Assembly (NCBI GenBank): GCA_020632215.1
Contig: JACKFZ010000005.1
Location: forward strand, 21,128-85,127
DNA from: Candidatus Nomurabacteria bacterium
GTDB lineage: Bacteria > Patescibacteriota > Minisyncoccia > Phycocordibacterales > JAACPR01
Direction of reading: 5' to 3'
Length of the DNA: 64,000 bases
A program made the position numbers and the translations under genes. Position 1 is the stretch's first letter; the number at the start of each line of letters is the position of its first letter. Of the stretch, positions 58,792 through 64,000 are shown piece after piece. The notes under the pieces were generated by a model. The model did no database searches, was not told the origin of the DNA, and saw nothing but the letters and a program-made list of their open reading frames with translations.

Positions 58792-60044
58792 AAAATTTTT
58801 TAAGAATAATTAAAAAAATACTTCCGAATAAGCTTTTTAGATTTACCCAGCCTGTTTATCATTTTCTCTTGGCGTATATTGGTGCAGTTATATATGGATT
58901 TCCTGCAAAGAAAATAAAAATTGTAGCCGTCACTGGAACAAAAGGTAAAACAACTACCACAGAATTATTAAACGCGGTTTTAGAAAGTGCTGGATACAAA
59001 ACCGCTTTACAAAACGGCATTAGGTTCAAAATAGGTGAAAAAGAAAATTCAAATGAGTACAAAATGTCTATGCCAGGACGAATGTTCATGCAAAGGTTTT
59101 TAAAAAAAGCCGTCAATCAAAAGTGTGATTGGGCAATTTTGGAGATGACGTCTGAAGGTGCGCGGTTTTACAGACATTTATATATAGACTTAGATGCACT
59201 TATTTTTACCAACTTAGCTCCTGAACATATCGAGTCTCATGGTTCATACGAAGCTTACAGAGAAGCTAAGCTTTCTATTGCAGACAACTTGAAAAATAAA
59301 AAAGGTTCAATTGTGATTGTAAATGGACATGATCCAGAATCAAAACATTTCCTAAAAAAAGAAGCCTCCCAAAAAATTTCCTATCAAAAAGAAGATTTCT
59401 ATCCTTACAATACGACTGATAAGGGTGTTTCCTTAACAATAGATAAAACAACTATTTTTTCAAAACTTCGTGGCGAATTTAACTTATTAAATATCATTGC
59501 AGTCATTACTTTTGCAAAAGCAATTGGTCTAAACTCGGAAAAAATAAAAACGGGTATCGAATCTTTGGAGACTATCTTGGGAAGAGTCCAAAAAGTAGAA
59601 AACGATAAAAATATAGAAGTTTACGTAGACTATGCTCACACTCCTGAATCTCTAGAGGCTTTATATAAAGAATTTAGCAGAGAAAAAAAACTTATTTGTG
59701 TTTTAGGGAATGCTGGAGGTGGCAGAGATACCTGGAAAAGATCAGCAATGGCAAAAATTGCAGATCAATATTGTCATAAAATAATCCTAACTGACGAAGA
59801 TCCATATGATGAGGAACCACGATTTATTGTAGATCAAATGGCAAAAGCTATAGATAAGACCCCTTTTGAAATTATTATGGACAGAAGAGAAGCAATTGCT
59901 AAAGCTTTGAGATTAGCAAACAAAGATCATATTGTTCTAATAACAGGAAAAGGTGGAGACAGATTTCTGATGGGTCCAAACGGACAAAAGACTCCTTGGA
60001 TTGATGCTGAGGTAGTTGTAGAAGAATTGAAAAAGCTTGATTAA
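58785..60044 (+). CDS. Mur-ligase-family protein (central and C-terminal domains; MurE/MurT/CapB-like)
   Basis: P-loop VTGTKGKTTTTELL, Mur ligase middle-domain pattern DYAHTPESL. Confidence 0.6.
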   Translation: MLENFLRIIKKILPNKLFRFTQPVYHFLLAYIGAVIYGFPAKKIKIVAVTGTKGKTTTTELLNAVLESAGYKTALQNGIRFKIGEKENSNEYKMSMPGRMFMQRFLKKAVNQKCDWAILEMTSEGARFYRHLYIDLDALIFTNLAPEHIESHGSYEAYREAKLSIADNLKNKKGSIVIVNGHDPESKHFLKKEASQKISYQKEDFYPYNTTDKGVSLTIDKTTIFSKLRGEFNLLNIIAVITFAKAIGLNSEKIKTGIESLETILGRVQKVENDKNIEVYVDYAHTPESLEALYKEFSREKKLICVLGNAGGGRDTWKRSAMAKIADQYCHKIILTDEDPYDEEPRFIVDQMAKAIDKTPFEIIMDRREAIAKALRLANKDHIVLITGKGGDRFLMGPNGQKTPWIDAEVVVEELKKLD

Positions 60045-60658
60045 TAATCTTTTTTTGAGTATAAACTTATTTGGTGAAAAAAGTACAAAACATCGTGTTG
60101 GGAGGAATAGCAATTGTTCTATTCCTCATTGCTTGGCCACTTGGCCTACTCTCCGTTTTTATCATTGCCTTGCTGTTTATATTCAAGGCAATATGCGACG
60201 GGAAGATCAAAATCTGAGCTTCAAAACCAAATTAACAGAGCCCCACAAGGGCCTCTTTTTTTATAGTTGTAATAAAAGAGTTCTAGGTGTAAATTTAAAT
60301 TAGAATTAGAAATTTGAAAACCTTAAAATATGACCGAATTGATTTCTTCAGTAGTACTTGCAGTAATAATTTCACTTCTCATTGCCTCTACAAAAAAAGG
60401 TTTTGATATTTACTACTGCTTGCATCGAATAACTTACAAACTATTTCTGAAACTAAAAACCCTCCACAAACCATGAACAAGACTCTATTAACTCTTACTT
60501 CTGCCCCAGACAACCAGAAAGGAGGTGGTCAATGATTGGTCCGTATGAAATAGCATTCCTGCTTTTCATGCTAGTAATGGCCTGGTTAGGCAAATTACTA
60601 GCTGATTCAACAGAACCACCGCCCTAGACTGCAATACAAGTCAGGGCGGTTTACCATT

Positions 60659-61588
60659 TTATTTTTCCAAAAAAGTTTGGAGGCCCAGATAAGTAACTCT
60701 GGCTATATTTTTCAAAAATTCTTCGCTTTGAAATTTCTCCTCATAAATAAATCCATATTCAATAAGAATAGATGCGGAGTTTAAAGTATTAAATGCACCC
60801 AAAGCAATCAGAGAATCATTTTTTATAATAATATCTTTTTCCTCTGGATTATCACTTGGCACTAAAATTTTTAAAAGTTGCTTTTCCATACTTGCAGCCA
60901 ACTCATAGCTAACTTTTTTATTTATCAATTCATCTCCAGGTGTATATATAGAAAAACCAGATAAATTTCCTATGTCATCTTTGGTTCTTCCATTAACATC
61001 ATTAAAGTGAATATGGATGACGATATCAATATCACCATCATTAGCCCAAGCGTTAATGGCATAGAGAGTTTGAATGATTTCCTCTGGAGTATCAGTATGT
61101 AATGAATCATCGAGTATTGCGTCAATGTCTTCTCCTCGAAACCATTTGGCTAATCTCTGATAACTTGTTTTGAAATTTTCTATATGATCTTTTTCTCCCA
61201 AATAAACAGAAATCTTTTCATCAAAAACTCCTGCTTCTTTTTGAAAAACATAAGTTTCAAAATGAGGATTATTTTTCAAGATATCATAAATATAATTAGC
61301 AACTTTGATATTTAAGTCCACTTCCCTAGTATTTTCAAACAAGGCTCCAGGGTATTCATCATTGTGACCAGCGACAAGAAGTATTTTTATTGGCTGATCA
61401 TTGTGGTATTTATAAACCAACTCATCGTGACTAACTTTTTCCTGAAAAAAATAATGGCTAAGTTCACTTTTGGTGAAAGGTATTAGCGGCTCTGTCCTGT
61501 CTCTTAAATAAGAAAAAAAGGCTGAAATTCCAAATCCAAGCGTTAAAGCCACGAATACAATAGTTACTGGTTCCAAAAATTTTCTCAT
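60659..61588 (-). CDS. N-acetylmuramoyl-L-alanine amidase (Amidase_3-like), membrane-anchored
   Basis: N-terminal TM segment; ILLVAGHNDEYPGALFENTREVDLNIKVANYIYDIL. Confidence 0.5.
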   Translation of the reverse strand: MRKFLEPVTIVFVALTLGFGISAFFSYLRDRTEPLIPFTKSELSHYFFQEKVSHDELVYKYHNDQPIKILLVAGHNDEYPGALFENTREVDLNIKVANYIYDILKNNPHFETYVFQKEAGVFDEKISVYLGEKDHIENFKTSYQRLAKWFRGEDIDAILDDSLHTDTPEEIIQTLYAINAWANDGDIDIVIHIHFNDVNGRTKDDIGNLSGFSIYTPGDELINKKVSYELAASMEKQLLKILVPSDNPEEKDIIIKNDSLIALGAFNTLNSASILIEYGFIYEEKFQSEEFLKNIARVTYLGLQTFLEK

Positions 61589-61654
61589 GGCGACACTCTA
61601 CTTCAAACTGTCTAGTTGTTCAACCTTGACTCATCCAGTAGACTATCTCTACTT

Positions 61655-62563
61655 ATGCCGGAACTGCCAGAGGTTACAACTACCGCTAATATTTTAAATA
61701 AGCTAATTAAAGGTAAGAAAATAAAAGCTGTTTGGACTAATTACAGAAGTCTTTTCTATTCTAGAAAAGAAAATATAAAAGATCCAAAATACTTTAGAAA
61801 ATTTCAAAAAGAGGTGGTCAATCACAAAGTTATTGCTGTTTGGCGTCGAGCAAAAAATGTTCTGATAGATATTTCTGGCGATAAGACTATTTTGATTCAT
61901 ATGAAAATGACAGGTCATCTCTTATATGGAAAATATATTTTTAATAAAAAATCAAAAGAATGGGAACCAAGAAGTAAGAATGGTCCATTAGCTGATCCTT
62001 TCAACAAATTTATTAGATTAGTTTTTGAATTTACTGATGGGACACATTTGGCTTTTTCTGACATGAGAAAATTCGCAACAGTTTTTCTGATACCAGACAA
62101 GATGACATTAAGTGAGAAATTTAGAAAAATTGGCCCGGAACCATTGGAAAAAAGTTTTGATTGGAAAAAATTAAAAGAACAGATTGGTAAAAAACCAAAT
62201 GGCAAAATAAAGACTGTTTTAATGAATCAAGAAATTGTAGCTGGTATAGGTAATATATATTCTGATGAAATATTGTGGATGAGTAAAATAAGACCAGACA
62301 GATTGGTTAAAAAAATAAAAGATGCTGAGATAAAAGAGATATTAAAAAATGCAAAAGTGATTTTGAATAAAGGTATAGATTTTGGTGGTGACTCAATGTC
62401 AGACTATAGAAACCCTTATGGTGAAAGAGGAGACTTTCAAAACCATCATCAAGCCTACAGAAGAACAAAAGAAAAATGTTTAACAAGAAGGTGTAAAGGT
62501 GTGATCGAAAGAAAAGTTATCAATGGCAGAAGTGCTCACTTTTGTCCCAAATGTCAAAAATAG
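61655..62563 (+). CDS. fpg: formamidopyrimidine-DNA glycosylase (Fpg/Nei family)
   Basis: Starts MPELPEVTT (catalytic Pro2, Glu3); C-terminal zinc finger CPKCQK. The track start at 61616 is an upstream read-through. Confidence 0.85.
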   Translation: MPELPEVTTTANILNKLIKGKKIKAVWTNYRSLFYSRKENIKDPKYFRKFQKEVVNHKVIAVWRRAKNVLIDISGDKTILIHMKMTGHLLYGKYIFNKKSKEWEPRSKNGPLADPFNKFIRLVFEFTDGTHLAFSDMRKFATVFLIPDKMTLSEKFRKIGPEPLEKSFDWKKLKEQIGKKPNGKIKTVLMNQEIVAGIGNIYSDEILWMSKIRPDRLVKKIKDAEIKEILKNAKVILNKGIDFGGDSMSDYRNPYGERGDFQNHHQAYRRTKEKCLTRRCKGVIERKVINGRSAHFCPKCQK

Positions 62564-62622
62564 TTATTAGTATGTAGAATTTAGAATGTAGTATGTAGAG
62601 ACTGGATTAAAGTCAGTAAAAA

Positions 62623-63102
62623 CTACATTCTGTCTAACAATCTATACAACAAAACTCCGGTGGCCACAGAAACATTTAGCGAATCTTTCTTGCCTTGCAT
62701 CGGAATCTCGGCAATCTTATCAGCTAAAGCTAAAACTTTTTTATCTATACCTCCCACCTCTGTGCCAAGAATGATAGCAGTCTTCTCTCCTAATTCTACT
62801 TTTTTATAATCAACAGACTTTTTATCTTGTTCAAGAGCTAAAATCTGGAACCCTTCTTTTTTCAAATCTTCTATCAGTTCAAAAACATTTTCCTTGTATT
62901 CCCAAAAAACACTGTCCTCTGCTCCCAAACTAGCCTTGGTAATATCTTTTCTTTTTCTGCCAAAACGATCTATGGGCGATGGCGTGTAACCCGTCAAAAA
63001 TATTTTATCTACCCCTACAGCATCAGAAGTACGAAAAATAGATCCCACATTGTGAGTACTGCGAATGTTATGGATTATGAGAAAGACTTGTTTATTATTC
63101 AT
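62623..63102 (-). CDS. SpoU/TrmH-family RNA 2'-O-methyltransferase
   Basis: SPOUT motifs: ALEQD..., IILGTEVGGI, LNVSVATGVLLYRL. Confidence 0.8.
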   Translation of the reverse strand: MNNKQVFLIIHNIRSTHNVGSIFRTSDAVGVDKIFLTGYTPSPIDRFGRKRKDITKASLGAEDSVFWEYKENVFELIEDLKKEGFQILALEQDKKSVDYKKVELGEKTAIILGTEVGGIDKKVLALADKIAEIPMQGKKDSLNVSVATGVLLYRLLDRM

Positions 63103-63359
63103 GAATTTAAATAATTTTTAATTTGTTTCTTTAAAAATATACGGCCCGCACAACTCTTGAGAAATTTTTCTCTGTTTCTGGCATCTTTACTGTTTCTATA
63201 AAACTCACAGTAAATGAGATTCCATGGTCTCTTTTTTCTTGTGTAACTACTGTTTAGATCAGAGTTATGCTGTTTTAATCTAACTTTTAGATTCTTTGTA
63301 TAAACAATATACCAACTTTTATCTTGGACTGACTCTATCAGATAAACACAAAATAACAT
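63099..63359 (-). CDS. GIY-YIG nuclease-superfamily protein (YhbQ/UPF0213-like)
   Basis: FCVYLIES...YIVYTKNL..RL.QHN.....YT...RPW.L.YCE.Y. Confidence 0.65.
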   Translation of the reverse strand: MLFCVYLIESVQDKSWYIVYTKNLKVRLKQHNSDLNSSYTRKKRPWNLIYCEFYRNSKDARNREKFLKSCAGRIFLKKQIKNYLNS

Positions 63360-63439
63360 TTTTGAATACTATCTCATGTTGTCTAAATTAATTATAAATA
63401 AGTTCTAAACTAGATGGTCACATAAAGTTCGTTGCAAAA

Positions 63440-63503
63440 CAACTCACCACGTGACTAAAATAAAAGTCACCGACTCCTGCGGAGCCGGTTCCTTTATTTT
63501 ATG
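63440..63503 (-). terminator. A/T-flanked GC hairpin module after tRNA-Lys, near-identical to the one after tRNA-Leu
   Basis: aaagtcaccgactcctgcggagccggttcctttattttatg vs aaagtcgccgactcctgcggagccgactcttttattttatg (39327..39367). Confidence 0.6.
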
Positions 63504-63576
63504 TCCACCCGGCAGGGCTCGAACCTGCGACCCTCTGCTTAAAAGGCAGGTGCTCTACCAGCTGAGCTACGGGTGG
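63504..63576 (-). tRNA. tRNA-Lys (anticodon TTT)
   Basis: CCACCCG-TA-GCTC-AGCTGGTA-GAGC-A-CCTGC-CTTTTAA-GCAGA-GGGTC-GCAGG-TTCGAGC-CCTGC-CGGGTGG-A; unusual C1:G72. Confidence 0.7.
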
Positions 63577-63631
63577 TTTTTAAAGTGGAAATGATAATAG
63601 CACGAATAAATGTTTTTTCAATGCTAAGTTA

Positions 63632-63889
63632 TTACTTGTAAATATCGTGGTCACTAATTGTCAAAAGGTAGTATTTATCTTTTTCCTTTTTAAAAATAAT
63701 CCTGATTTTGTAATTCACTGAAAAACTAAAATAGTTTTTCAGCTCTCCTTTCAACTTGTGAGCTTTGAGTGTTTGGTGATTGTTTTTAATTCTAAATAAT
63801 TCTACTTTCTCCAAAACTTCATCCTGCAGATCAACTTCCAATTTTCCAAATTGCTTAATAAACTTGGCAGAAAAAAATACTTCCAACAT
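63632..63889 (-). CDS. RelE/ParE-family (YoeB/Txe-like) toxin
   Basis: ...NHQTLKAHKLKGELKNYFSFSVNYKIRIIFKKEKDKYYLLTISDHDIY. Confidence 0.6.
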   Translation of the reverse strand: MLEVFFSAKFIKQFGKLEVDLQDEVLEKVELFRIKNNHQTLKAHKLKGELKNYFSFSVNYKIRIIFKKEKDKYYLLTISDHDIYK

Positions 63890-63892
63890 AAG

Positions 63893-64000
63893 CTATTTGA
63901 TTTTCTTGGAAAGTTCTTTTAAATCACCTTGAAACGCCAGCCCTTTTTGGACATCTCGATCAGCTTCCAAGACGTCAAGAATGGCTTGTTCCTCCGCAAG
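63893..64000 (-). CDS. probable antitoxin (C-terminal part; gene continues beyond window end)
   Basis: ...LAEEQAILDVLEADRDVQKGLAFQGDLKELSKKIK*; its stop overlaps the toxin start region. Confidence 0.4.
   Translation of the reverse strand, partial: LAEEQAILDVLEADRDVQKGLAFQGDLKELSKKIK

Overview
This is a low-GC (about 33%) bacterial chromosomal segment. Gene content and style fit a reduced-genome Candidate Phyla Radiation (Patescibacteria)-like organism: many short housekeeping genes, ribosomal proteins with terminal extensions, weak Shine-Dalgarno sites, and TAA/TAG-dominated stops under the standard code (genes terminate normally; TGA is a stop). Most coding is on the minus strand. Recognisable genes include partial glyQS, recO, ileS, argS, a glyA-thyA-dcd-folA thymidylate block, rplK-nusG-secE, a 38-aa bL36-like gene between nrdA and its downstream neighbour (not in the ORF track), nrdB-nrdA, rplS, an RluA-family pseudouridine synthase, ruvX, an SF2 helicase, ruvA, fpg, rpsT, an M20 peptidase, a Mur-ligase-family protein, a DsbA-like/VKOR pair, pilM/N/O-like genes plus a pilin-like gene, and a RelE/ParE-type toxin with a partial antitoxin at the window end. 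Seven tRNAs are present: His, Leu(GAG), Val(TAC), Arg(TCT), Ser(TGA), Arg(GCG) and Lys(TTT). Two items stand out. (1) The type-2 isoleucyl-tRNA synthetase carries a complete, catalytically intact-looking histidine-phosphatase (PGAM/CobC-like) domain of about 190 aa inserted between the ELxEL and DLHR segments of its catalytic core. (2) Four tRNA genes (His, Leu, Arg-TCT, Ser) are each followed on the same strand by a conserved 150-220 nt structured module. Each module has an A/T-flanked terminator hairpin, an antisense copy of the cognate tRNA 3' end, a hairpin of variable sequence but conserved shape, a shared core (GAGYCGGGGTCGCGARCAC ... GAAGAATTATRCTTAGTGAYTTGTGAC) and, in three copies, a direct repeat of the tRNA 3' end (CCA-bearing in two of them). 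It is either a novel tRNA-linked ncRNA or a miniature tRNA-targeting insertion element. The window also holds several dispersed repeat families, scattered GC-rich (about 50% GC) small-ORF islands, and decayed genes (an NYN gene with an in-frame TGA, an IVS-type four-helix-bundle pseudogene).
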